Origin: Campylobacterota bacterium
GTDB taxonomy: Bacteria > Campylobacterota > Campylobacteria > Campylobacterales > Sulfurimonadaceae
NCBI GenBank assembly: GCA_034661055.1
Contig: JAYEKO010000015.1
Span: 1-64,000, forward strand
Reading direction: 5' to 3'
Length of the DNA stretch: 64,000 bases
How positions within the stretch are numbered: position 1 is the first letter of the stretch; each line of letters starts with the position of its first letter. The notes below the pieces were generated by a model. The model did not search any database and had not been told where the DNA came from. It saw only the letters and a list, made by a program, of their open reading frames with translations. Shown here in pieces: positions 1 to 8,377 of the stretch. The position numbers were made by a program, and so were the translations under genes.

Positions 1-189
1 CATAAAGACTTTTTTCTAAACTCATTAGTTGATGCAATAGAAAAATCAGAAGAAACTTATTCTGGTGTAGTTCATAAAACAGTAGTCATAGCAGCATTGA
101 GAATGATATTTTTCAAATTTCAAATAGCTGAATTTATGGATGGTATGGAAGTATCCAAGGCAGATTATGAAAAATGGTTTAAATCTTAA
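1..189 (+). CDS. 3' end of a hypothetical protein (partial; probable last gene of an integrated element)
   Basis: Frame +1 is open from base 1 to TAA 187-189 (HKDFFLNSLVDAIEKS...DYEKWFKS*); no start in window. Confidence 0.6.
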   Translation, partial: HKDFFLNSLVDAIEKSEETYSGVVHKTVVIAALRMIFFKFQIAEFMDGMEVSKADYEKWFKS

Positions 190-469
190 TAGGGCACCAT
201 ACTTATTTTACATTCTTTTTCTCATTATTGAAGAAAAATACGACAAATTTAGGTAGAATTAGAGTAGTAATTAGCTCAATAAGAGCTAGTGACACAGCGT
301 TTGTTTCTTGACTGACGCAGTGTCTTTTTAAGGAGGCTTTAACACCTCTTAAATGCCGTGTAGTAGGTAAGAATAGAGGTTTTTGACCTCTTAAATCAAA
401 ATTGGTGTGTCAGTGGATTTACCCCTCTGAAACCTCGTAATATAGGGGTTTAATGGGTGCGGAGCCGTT

Positions 470-492
470 TTCGAATCCCTTCCTCTCTGCCA
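470..492 (+). mobile_element. tRNA-Ser 3'-end duplication, probable attR of an integrative element lying upstream of the window
   Basis: TTCGAATCCCTTCCTCTCTGCCA = T-loop, 3' acceptor strand and GCCA end of a tRNA-Ser-type gene with no matching 5' half; preceded by hairpin AAACCTC-GTAATATA-GGGGTTT (430-451). Confidence 0.7.
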
Positions 493-516
493 TTAAAATT
501 ACATGTAATTTAAAAT

Positions 517-592
517 GGGGCATTAGCTCAGCTGGGAGAGCGCTTCGCTGGCAGCGAAGAGGTCAGCGGTTCGATCCCGCTATGCTCCACCA
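517..592 (+). tRNA. tRNA-Ala(GGC)
   Basis: 76-nt cloverleaf GGGGCAT...ATGCTCC-ACCA; anticodon arm CTTCG-CTGGCAG-CGAAG; T-loop GGTTCGATCC; G3-U70 Ala determinant. Confidence 0.97.
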
Positions 593-609
593 TTAATATA
601 TCCCTATAC

Positions 610-1077
610 TCAATTTTTGCTAGCTATATACGAGTTTTGATTTTCTTCATATGTTGCATAGGCTTCTACTGCATTGTTTTGTTTTTGAACATCTCGAAGG
701 GAGTTTATAATGCTTGCTGTATTATTATTTCCTATCTCGACTTTGCTATCAGTTGCAACAGAAAGATAAATTTCAATTTGTGATTGCATAGACTTGTGTG
801 CTAAGTAGTCAGTAGCACTTTCTCGTTGTGCATCTTTTTGGGCTTGTAATGCAAGAATATCCTCTGCTTCATTTGCAGCCTTTTTATTGTCAAGATTATT
901 TTGGCCCTGAGGTGTTAATACAATTTCATCCTCATTATTACGGATAAGATTCCCCTGACTTGCTTCGTAAATTTCTTTATTGTTATACGTAGAATCTTCT
1001 TTAGGTACTGGTTGAATCCCATGCCTTTGTTGTGAAACCAACATTTGATAATTATTTGCTGTACTAGATACTTCCAT
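610..1077 (-). CDS. hypothetical protein (Q/N-rich, helical)
   Basis: 155-aa ORF with AAGGA RBS upstream. Confidence 0.75.
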   Translation of the reverse strand: MEVSSTANNYQMLVSQQRHGIQPVPKEDSTYNNKEIYEASQGNLIRNNEDEIVLTPQGQNNLDNKKAANEAEDILALQAQKDAQRESATDYLAHKSMQSQIEIYLSVATDSKVEIGNNNTASIINSLRDVQKQNNAVEAYATYEENQNSYIASKN

Positions 1078-1092
1078 AAACGAATCCTTTAT

Positions 1093-1821
1093 TTATACTA
1101 TTTTTTTCATACACTTATCTTCTGCTAAAACCTTATAAATATAAAATAGTTTTAGCAGATACACTTCTGTACTCTCTTTAGTAATCCCTTCATCTGTCTC
1201 AAATTTTGCAATCAATTTCCCATTTGTTAAGTCAAGTAATTGTACTTTAAATTCTTCTAGCTCTGTGTTTAAAGATGGTAATACTGGAAGAATTGGGATT
1301 CCTATCTCTTTTGAAATATCATCTCTATGTTTCGCAAACCTAGGAATAAAATATGCATCATCAGAACGGATAAGTTCGTAAACTTTTTTCCCTAAAGTTA
1401 TTTGAATCTGATTAATGGGAAGAATTCCACTAAAGAGTATAGTGATAGGGTACTTACTTAAGCTATCTACCTTTTTAACTCCAAAACTTAGGTTTTGTTT
1501 ATCATCTGAGTTTTCATAAAAGTAAGTGACAAATTTTTTTATATCTTCATAGGAACTACCATCATCTTCATAGCTAACAACCACACTTAAAGATTGCGAT
1601 ATTTTATATTTAATCTTTTCACTCTTTGACTCACTGATAAAATCATCATACGCTACCTTAAGCACTAAAAACTCCCCTTCAAGACTCAAGGCATTAGTTA
1701 AAGTATCACTACTAAGAGGGACAGAATCACTACTAGAACAAATCATATTACAAATAGATTTTTCAATTGCTGGAACGTTCTCAATCGAATTGTTTTTGAT
1801 GCACTCTATCAATTGTTTCAC
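1093..1821 (-). CDS. hypothetical protein, possible FtsZ-C-terminal-like plus FlhA-cytoplasmic-like segments
   Basis: Probable GTG start at 1821 with GGAG RBS (track ORF extends to 1905); motifs NLSFGV...PITILFSGI and RDDISKEIGIPILPV. Confidence 0.65.
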   Translation of the reverse strand: MKQLIECIKNNSIENVPAIEKSICNMICSSSDSVPLSSDTLTNALSLEGEFLVLKVAYDDFISESKSEKIKYKISQSLSVVVSYEDDGSSYEDIKKFVTYFYENSDDKQNLSFGVKKVDSLSKYPITILFSGILPINQIQITLGKKVYELIRSDDAYFIPRFAKHRDDISKEIGIPILPVLPSLNTELEEFKVQLLDLTNGKLIAKFETDEGITKESTEVYLLKLFYIYKVLAEDKCMKKIV

Positions 1822-1883
1822 TTTCAGCTCCAAATAATAAACTATATTTCTTATTACAATTATAACATATATCAAGGAGGGGA

Positions 1884-1924
1884 AAAAAGAGACATAGCCT
1901 TGCACAATCTTACGTCTCTTTTTT
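1884..1924 (-). terminator. probable intrinsic terminator after mazF-like gene
   Basis: Inverted repeat AAAAAAGAGAC...GTCTCTTTTTT. Confidence 0.5.
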
Positions 1925-1958
1925 CCTCTGAGGCTATTTAGGGTTTTTAGAGGTGCCC

Positions 1959-2303
1959 TTATGATATTCCAAGTACAAGCTGTACCATTTGTTCAATTTC
2001 AAGTAACTCATTTTTATTTACGGCTGCGAGTTTATCCTGGATGATTCTATTTGTGTCGATTGCTCTTGCTTGATCACATAAAATATCAGACTCTTGTTCC
2101 AAAAAATCACGTTTTAATATTCTCATTCGTAATGGAAAAACATCATCAATGAGGTTTGTAGTCAAAGGTAAAATAATAACTGTTTCATGATCTATTTTGT
2201 TTAATGCATTATCCTGCAAAATAAGTACTGGTCTAGTTTTACCTGGCTCTGCTCCTTTTGATGGATATAGCTTTGCTAAATAAATACTGCCTCTCTCAAA
2301 CAT
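1959..2303 (-). CDS. mazF: PemK/MazF-family toxin (endoribonuclease)
   Basis: RGSIYLA..P..GAEPGKTRPVLILQ...PLTT...CDQARAID motifs. Confidence 0.92.
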   Translation of the reverse strand: MFERGSIYLAKLYPSKGAEPGKTRPVLILQDNALNKIDHETVIILPLTTNLIDDVFPLRMRILKRDFLEQESDILCDQARAIDTNRIIQDKLAAVNKNELLEIEQMVQLVLGIS

Positions 2304-2538
2304 CAGCTAGTCCATCTTCAACAGTTCCATCGAAATCATTAACTATCTCTCTATTAGCTTCTCTAACTTTTAAAGAGGCACGCATCATTTTTTCTTTAAG
2401 CCTTTTGTTTTTTACGTTCTTCTCAAATTCTGCTATAGATTGTCTTATAAGTTCACTTTTACTCAAATGTAACTCTTTAGCTAAAGATGTAACTTTTTCA
2501 AAAAATGAGTCTTCTGTTTTTAGGGTAATTGTTTTCAG
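2296..2538 (-). CDS. ribbon-helix-helix (CopG-type) antitoxin, CTG start; missed by ORF track
   Basis: 80-aa ORF (M)KTITLKTEDSFFEKVTSLAKELHLSKSELIRQSI...DGLADV*; AAGGA RBS 7 nt before CTG; 8-nt overlap with toxin start. Confidence 0.85.
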   Translation of the reverse strand: MKTITLKTEDSFFEKVTSLAKELHLSKSELIRQSIAEFEKNVKNKRLKEKMMRASLKVREANREIVNDFDGTVEDGLADV

Positions 2539-2548
2539 AACGACATCC

Positions 2549-2597
2549 TTACTTAATTTAGTAATACTATTTTAAGTAATAAATAGATAAATGTCAA
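2549..2597 (-). promoter_or_regulatory. TA operon sigma70 promoter with overlapping palindromic operator
   Basis: TTGACA (2597-2592)-N17-TAAAAT (2574-2569); 31-bp imperfect palindrome TTACTTAA...TTAAGTAA at 2549-2579. Confidence 0.75.
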
Positions 2598-2700
2598 GAA
2601 ACTGTTACTAAAACAGTACATTTTAGTACTATTGACCATTTCTGTCACCACTTAGTTTCTCTAAGTGATTCCCAGGAAGAACTTTTAGTTCATCTAATAT

Positions 2701-2747
2701 TAAGTAGCGGAACATAAATAACTTCATAGTTCAACAGCATTTAAAAG
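2701..2747 (+). repeat. truncated copy (left end) of the MITE at 8266-8368
   Basis: 47 bp matching 8264-8310 with one mismatch. Confidence 0.85.
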
Positions 2748-2773
2748 CTAGATATTCAAACATCATAAAGCGA

Positions 2774-3019
2774 TTACGCAAAAACCAACTGCTCATAAAG
2801 CACTTCGACCTGCTCTGCACCTTCTATGATCTCAATAGTAGCCACTCTCCTATTCTCAAATCGTGCAGAGTTTAAAATATAAGCCTGCTTACCCTCGTAA
2901 TAACATTTCTGACTACTGTTTCTTAGCTGTTGCCCTTTACTCTTATGTCTGGCTGATGTACGTATGTTTTCAGTGTATGTGTCATCTCTCTTAAGTGATA
3001 AAAAACTATTTGAGTTCAT
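2774..3019 (-). CDS. small hypothetical protein
   Basis: 81-aa ORF with GAGGAG RBS upstream. Confidence 0.55.
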   Translation of the reverse strand: MNSNSFLSLKRDDTYTENIRTSARHKSKGQQLRNSSQKCYYEGKQAYILNSARFENRRVATIEIIEGAEQVEVLYEQLVFA

Positions 3020-3194
3020 TGGTTTTATCTCCTCTGTTTTGTGGTAGAGTGATAATAACGCATTAAGCTATTTGAACTAAAAAATATTGCATATTTAATA
3101 TCTTTTTACAGCATCCTAAGTATTAATTTCAACTTCTTGATGCGGTAAACTTACCATATTGTTCTAACTTATCTGATGTTTTTTGATTGAGTTT

Positions 3195-3428
3195 TTATCC
3201 ATTCATCAATGCAAGAACTTCATCTACGCTTAAAACCTTCCCAGTGCTTACTACTTCACCGTCAATAACAAGACCTGGTGTACTCATTACTTGATACTCC
3301 ATAATCTTTGTAATATCTTCAACTTTTTCTATCTGTACAAATTTTCCACTTTTAGCGACAGCCTCTTTGACTACGTTTTCTAATTGAAAACACTTTGAAC
3401 AACCAGTTCCTAACACTTCAATTTTCAT
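3195..3428 (-). CDS. small thioredoxin-like redox protein (MTH895 family, ars-associated)
   Basis: MKIEVLGTGCSKC...VMSTPGLVIDG. Confidence 0.9.
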   Translation of the reverse strand: MKIEVLGTGCSKCFQLENVVKEAVAKSGKFVQIEKVEDITKIMEYQVMSTPGLVIDGEVVSTGKVLSVDEVLALMNG

Positions 3429-3439
3429 AATTCACACTC

Positions 3440-4384
3440 CTATAATATAAAATTAAATAAATACCCAATTGTAATGATTCCACTTCCTACAATGGCAAAA
3501 AACAGACCAATAAGCTTAAGTGAAATAATTTTTTTAAGTATTAATGCCTCTGGCAGACTCAATGCAGTTACTGCCATCATAAAACTAAGTGCGGTTCCAA
3601 GCAGCATCCCTTTAGAGGTGAGAACCTCTATTAACGGCATGACACCTGCAGCATTTGAGTACATTGGAATTCCCATTAAAACTGCTATGATCACAGCAAA
3701 TGGATTGCCTTCACCAGTATAAGCAGCTATAAAATCAGTTGGAATATAGCCATGTATCCATGCACCAGCACCCACTCCAATCATTACATAGATATATATT
3801 TTTTTAAAAATATCTACAGTATAGTTCCACGCCTCTTTTACTCTAAGTTTTAATGTCATTTTGGCCAATGTAGCTTCAAGTTCACCTTCAATTGGTTTCA
3901 CCTCTATTAAAATCTCTTTTTCCATATTGAGCTTTCCTATTAACCAACCACCAACAATGGCCACTGCTAGACCAAAGACAATATATACAGAAGTGACCTT
4001 CCAACCAAAAATACCAAAGAGCATCGCAATTGCAATCTCATTATTCATAGGTGCAGAAATAAGATAGCTAAACGTGACACCTATGGGGATTCTTGCTTGA
4101 ATAAAGCCTAAAAAAAGAGGAATTGCAGAGCAAGAACAAAATGGCGTAATAATTCCAAATAGAGATGCTCCAACATGCCCATATAGTGATGATTTTCCCT
4201 GCAAGTGAGCACGCACGTACTCAGTGTTTACCCAAGTCCTCAAAAATGAAACTGCAAAAATAATTGTAAGAAGTAAAAACCAGATTTTTATAGTGTCGTA
4301 AATAAAAAAGTGGGTAGCATCAGCCAGTTTTCCATCTAGACCCACAGTGTTATAAACAAACTCTTTAGTGAGTTCATACCACAT
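3440..4384 (-). CDS. arsP: ArsP-family permease
   Basis: TPFCSCSAIP and PMYSNAAG motifs; multi-TM; ars context. Confidence 0.88.
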   Translation of the reverse strand: MWYELTKEFVYNTVGLDGKLADATHFFIYDTIKIWFLLLTIIFAVSFLRTWVNTEYVRAHLQGKSSLYGHVGASLFGIITPFCSCSAIPLFLGFIQARIPIGVTFSYLISAPMNNEIAIAMLFGIFGWKVTSVYIVFGLAVAIVGGWLIGKLNMEKEILIEVKPIEGELEATLAKMTLKLRVKEAWNYTVDIFKKIYIYVMIGVGAGAWIHGYIPTDFIAAYTGEGNPFAVIIAVLMGIPMYSNAAGVMPLIEVLTSKGMLLGTALSFMMAVTALSLPEALILKKIISLKLIGLFFAIVGSGIITIGYLFNFIL

Positions 4385-4789
4385 TTAGCACAGCTCCTCT
4401 TTGACTATCGGAAGAAGTTCTTTCTCAATTAAATTCAGTGTTTTTTCATACTCATGAGCTGCTTTACCAGTTGGGTCATCAAAATTTACATGTAAAGTTT
4501 TAACAGCTTTTGGAAACATTGGACAGGTCTCCTTTGCATGGTCACATACCGTTACAATCAAATCAAATGGAGTGTCTAAAACACTTTCAATTACTTTTGA
4601 ATGATACTCATCGCTCCAATATCCCCTCTTTTGTAAAAGAGCTTGTGCATTTGGGTTAACAGTACCACTCGCTTTTACTCCTGAACTTTGAGCCAAAACA
4701 CACTTGGAAAGCTTTATATTAATTAACGCCTCTGCCATTATTGAACGACAGCTATTTCCAGTACACAAAATAAGTACATTTTTTTTCAT
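4385..4789 (-). CDS. arsC: thioredoxin-dependent arsenate reductase (LMW-PTP fold)
   Basis: CTGNSCRS P-loop, VTVCD..ETCP, DDP. Confidence 0.92.
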   Translation of the reverse strand: MKKNVLILCTGNSCRSIMAEALINIKLSKCVLAQSSGVKASGTVNPNAQALLQKRGYWSDEYHSKVIESVLDTPFDLIVTVCDHAKETCPMFPKAVKTLHVNFDDPTGKAAHEYEKTLNLIEKELLPIVKEELC

Positions 4790-5109
4790 ATTTTACACTC
4801 TCGAGTTTCAGATATTTTTTTTAATTGCGGAAGTGCTGCATTAAGGCATCTTATCTCCTGTATAGCTTCACTTCTAAATCTGTCTAATGGGTTTCTTATA
4901 GAGTAATAAGCCCAAGTCCCTTTACGTTCTACTCGTAAAAATCCAGCATCTTTTAAAATCTTTAGGTGACGAGACAGACGTGACTGAATCATATCAAGAG
5001 ATACTTGCATATCACACACACACGTCTCTCCATATTCATCAAGAAAACGTAGTAGCAAGACTCTTGTCTCATCATTAAGAGCAGCAGCACTTTTTAAAAA
5101 AACGTCCAT
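4786..5109 (-). CDS. arsR: ArsR/SmtB metalloregulator
   Basis: ETCVCD...QSRLSRHLKILKDAG. Confidence 0.92.
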   Translation of the reverse strand: MDVFLKSAAALNDETRVLLLRFLDEYGETCVCDMQVSLDMIQSRLSRHLKILKDAGFLRVERKGTWAYYSIRNPLDRFRSEAIQEIRCLNAALPQLKKISETRECKI

Positions 5110-5151
5110 ATCTAACTCCTATGTAAGGGCACTTCTAAAACCATACTAAAA

Positions 5152-5192
5152 ATTATAACGGATATAAATTAATAAATCAAGATATATTAATA
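5152..5192 (-). promoter_or_regulatory. ars promoter and probable ArsR operator
   Basis: TTGATT (5180-5175)-N17-TATAAT (5157-5152); imperfect inverted repeat AATCAA-N6-TTAATA over the -35. Confidence 0.55.
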
Positions 5193-5286
5193 TATAGTTG
5201 AATTAGTCATAAATGATGACTCTTTTATCTTAAATATATTACAAAACTGATAAAATCCTCTCATACTTTAACTATTATGGATTAAC

Positions 5287-7173
5287 ATGAAAATCGTTTT
5301 ATTACTTTTTATTACTATATATACACTTTTTGCCTCCCCTGAACGAAAAATAATTCTTGGTTCTGCTATTGATGTTCCCTCAGCAAAAAAAGCATTTGAG
5401 AGATTTCACTCCAGAATTGACGACAACTTTTTAGGCCTACAACAGCAGTACGGTTTTAATATAGTTGCCAGAAGTTCAGGAGACTCATACATCATTGTTC
5501 TTGAACCTTTTAGAAACTACAAAGAAGCTAAAGCAGTCAAAAAACAACTGCCTAATGCCTATGACGATGCCTTTATTAATAAATATTCTGTCTCTAAGGG
5601 TCTCATCATAGTAGCTACTACAAAAATCGAAACCCCTAAGATCATAGAAACAACTACTTCTAAAGAGGCTCCAGAATTAACTACAGAAGTCAATACAACA
5701 GCCATAGAAAAGACAACTATGGAAAATAGTGTAGTATTACCCCAACAGACATTACCAGAATTAGCACCTAACATAGAAGAAGAACGCAACATATCTGAAA
5801 GCATCTCAATAGAAGATGTAAAGCAAAAAGTTAAAAAAAGTGTAACACCCATAGAAATTAAAGCGACACAAACTCATTCTAAAGGAGGCAATGCTCTTAT
5901 ATATATCACAATAGCTTTAGCTCTCATTTTAATTCCGCTCATAGCTATTACTCTTAAACTATATCAAGACATTAAAAAATTAAAAACGGCATTGCTCAAT
6001 ACTGAGGAAGATTTTCACAGCTGTTTTCATGACAAAGAAGATCTTTTAGCTACCTTAGAATCTAAAGACTCTTTTTTAGACAATCTCACATTTAGTCTAA
6101 AAAACTCTATTGACTCTATTTTAAGCTCTTTATACATTCTTGACAATGCAAAATTAAATAGAAAAGAGTATGAGAGCTATGAGAATATCATTGCATCAAT
6201 CTCAAAAATAAATGAGGTTATCAATAACATAATAGACATTACTAAACTGCAATCAAACTCTCTTGAACTTGAAAATATTAAATTTAACCTCAATAATATT
6301 TTAGAGACTACTGCAAACTCTATTCATAAACAGGCACAAGAGAAGCGTATTGAAATCACGTTTGATATTGACACATTACTTCCTATTCGCTTCATGGGTG
6401 ATCCATTGCGTATGAATCAAATATTGACTAACATACTTAATCACTCCATATTAAATACACAAGAAGGTGAAATTGTTATCTCTGTTAAGGAGAAAAAACG
6501 CACAACAGACACTATTGAACTTCAATTCACTATCAAAGATACAGGAGTTGGCTATAAAAAAGATGAAGCAAGAGCACTATTTGAAAATCTATCTGAAACC
6601 AGTGGCTACAGTGTTGACTCTAATGTGAAGATTGGTCTTGTGATGAGTAAACACCTAATTAACAAAATGGGTGGTGACATTGAGCTTAAGAGCAGTTACG
6701 GCCACGGCAGTAGCTTTATTTTCAATGTTATTTTAGAATTACCAAAAAAGATGGAACAGCGTAAGTATCGACTTCCTTATAAAAAAATCATGGAGTACTC
6801 TACAATTATTATTGACAATAATGTTCTTGCTGCACGCGTATTGCGTCAACAGCTTGAATATTTTCATCTTAAAGTAAAACCATCATTTTCATGGGAACAT
6901 GCCGTTAAACTTATTGAAGATGAGTTTAGTCAAATTGACTTTATTATTATTAACTCAACTATCTTAGGAGAAGCATCCATAGAGGAACTCTCTTCTACTG
7001 CTGAAAAAAGAGGATTGCAGATTGTATTTATTGTCCATGATATGCGTGACATTAATTATCAGGTTATTGAAAAGTTTAAGTTTTCACACTTTCTTCATAA
7101 ACCTTACACTCAGAAAAAACTATTTGATCTGCTTGTCAAAATACATGAAAACAACCTCAAAGCACAATCATGA
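5287..7173 (+). CDS. SPOR-domain hybrid histidine-kinase-like protein with degenerate catalytic motifs
   Basis: Signal peptide, SPOR-like N-terminus (YDDAFI), T/E-rich linker, TM, HisKA-like, HATPase (GDPLR, DTGVG), receiver-like C-terminus. Confidence 0.8.
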   Translation: MKIVLLLFITIYTLFASPERKIILGSAIDVPSAKKAFERFHSRIDDNFLGLQQQYGFNIVARSSGDSYIIVLEPFRNYKEAKAVKKQLPNAYDDAFINKYSVSKGLIIVATTKIETPKIIETTTSKEAPELTTEVNTTAIEKTTMENSVVLPQQTLPELAPNIEEERNISESISIEDVKQKVKKSVTPIEIKATQTHSKGGNALIYITIALALILIPLIAITLKLYQDIKKLKTALLNTEEDFHSCFHDKEDLLATLESKDSFLDNLTFSLKNSIDSILSSLYILDNAKLNRKEYESYENIIASISKINEVINNIIDITKLQSNSLELENIKFNLNNILETTANSIHKQAQEKRIEITFDIDTLLPIRFMGDPLRMNQILTNILNHSILNTQEGEIVISVKEKKRTTDTIELQFTIKDTGVGYKKDEARALFENLSETSGYSVDSNVKIGLVMSKHLINKMGGDIELKSSYGHGSSFIFNVILELPKKMEQRKYRLPYKKIMEYSTIIIDNNVLAARVLRQQLEYFHLKVKPSFSWEHAVKLIEDEFSQIDFIIINSTILGEASIEELSSTAEKRGLQIVFIVHDMRDINYQVIEKFKFSHFLHKPYTQKKLFDLLVKIHENNLKAQS

Positions 7174-8270
7174 TAGCACATAAACGTTTCCATGAAACAA
7201 GTGATGATTTTCGTTCATGCTACGCAAGAGACCGAGATCGTATTATTCACTCAGGAAGTTTTCGAAAACTTGAATATAAGACGCAGGTCTTTTTAAATCA
7301 AGAAGGGGATTTCTTTAGAACACGATTAACACACTCTCTTGAAGTCAGTCAAATTGCCCGATCTATTACTAAAACTTTAGGTCTTGAAGAGTCCTTAGCA
7401 GAAGCTATTGCACTTGCCCACGATTTAGGACACACTCCATTTGGTCATATTGGTGGCGACACTCTTGATAAATGTTTGAAAGATAGCGGTTTCAATAATG
7501 GCTTTGAGCACAATTATCAATCTTTTAGAGTTGTGACATTTTTAGAGAAAAAATATAAACAATTTAATGGTCTTAATCTTACCTTTGCAACACTAGAAGG
7601 CATATTAAAGCACTCATATCCCTACAAAAAAAACTATTTAAGTACAACAATAGATGAACAGTTCAACCTCTCTACGCACCCATCTATTGAAGCCATGATT
7701 GTTGACCGTGCCGATGAAATTGCCTATATGAGCCATGATATTGACGATGGTGTGCATTCAGGACTTATCAGTTTTGACACACTACAAAAGAGCTCTTTAA
7801 TCAGAACAATTTTACATAAAGTAGAAGAGGAAGGGGTAAGCTTAAATGATGGAGAGATGTTTCGTTACCGTTTTAGCTCTCATTTTATTAACCATCTTGT
7901 CTATTCACTCTTAGAATATTCTAAAATACATGTAAACAGCTCATCTGTTCTTGCTGCATCCATATCATCATCTGAACCATTACCTATTGGATTTAATGAT
8001 GAACTTGAGACAGAGATAAAAAAACTTAAAAAGATACTTTTTCAAGAACTCTACCAACATAAAAATATTGTACGTAAAATGTACTCTGGAAAACAGGCAA
8101 TTATTGGACTCTATAATGCACTCAATGATGAGCCAAAACTGCTTCCAAAATATTTTCATTCACAACTTGATTCTAGAAAAAAACATCGAGTTATTGCGGA
8201 TTATATTGCAAGCATGAGTGATAGATATGCCATGAAGCTACATCATGAGCTTCATGGCGGAGTTAAGTAG
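7170..8270 (+). CDS. dgt: dGTP triphosphohydrolase family HD protein
   Basis: RDRDRIIHS, KTQVF, RTRLTHSLEV, HDLGHTPFGH. Confidence 0.93.
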   Translation: MIAHKRFHETSDDFRSCYARDRDRIIHSGSFRKLEYKTQVFLNQEGDFFRTRLTHSLEVSQIARSITKTLGLEESLAEAIALAHDLGHTPFGHIGGDTLDKCLKDSGFNNGFEHNYQSFRVVTFLEKKYKQFNGLNLTFATLEGILKHSYPYKKNYLSTTIDEQFNLSTHPSIEAMIVDRADEIAYMSHDIDDGVHSGLISFDTLQKSSLIRTILHKVEEEGVSLNDGEMFRYRFSSHFINHLVYSLLEYSKIHVNSSSVLAASISSSEPLPIGFNDELETEIKKLKKILFQELYQHKNIVRKMYSGKQAIIGLYNALNDEPKLLPKYFHSQLDSRKKHRVIADYIASMSDRYAMKLHHELHGGVK

Positions 8271-8368
8271 CGGAACAAAAATAACTTCATAGTTCAACAG
8301 CATTTAAAAGGTTTAGATTCAAGGCTTCTTTTCTCATTGAACTATGAAATTATTTATGTTCCACTACT
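8266..8368. mobile_element. 103-bp MITE-like element with 32-bp terminal inverted repeats, flanked by TA on both sides
   Basis: AGTAGCGGAACAAAAATAACTTCATAGTTCAA ... TTGAACTATGAAATTATTTATGTTCCACTACT (3 mismatches); TA at 8264-65 and 8369-70; partial second copy at 2701. Confidence 0.75.
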
Positions 8369-8377
8369 TATTTAGTC

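Noticed and set aside
400..492. Intact tRNA-Ser gene
   Set aside because: No 5' acceptor strand, D arm or anticodon arm; only the 3' 23 nt are tRNA-like
2258..2575. 105-aa + strand ORF and the other short opposite-strand or nested ORFs in the track (e.g. 3474, 5559, 13442, 14645, 22430, 47080)
   Set aside because: Antisense or alternate-frame shadows of well-supported genes with no recognisable motifs
593..5200. Island integrated in tRNA-Ala carrying the TA and ars genes
   Set aside because: No downstream duplication of the tRNA-Ala 3' end and no integrase seen
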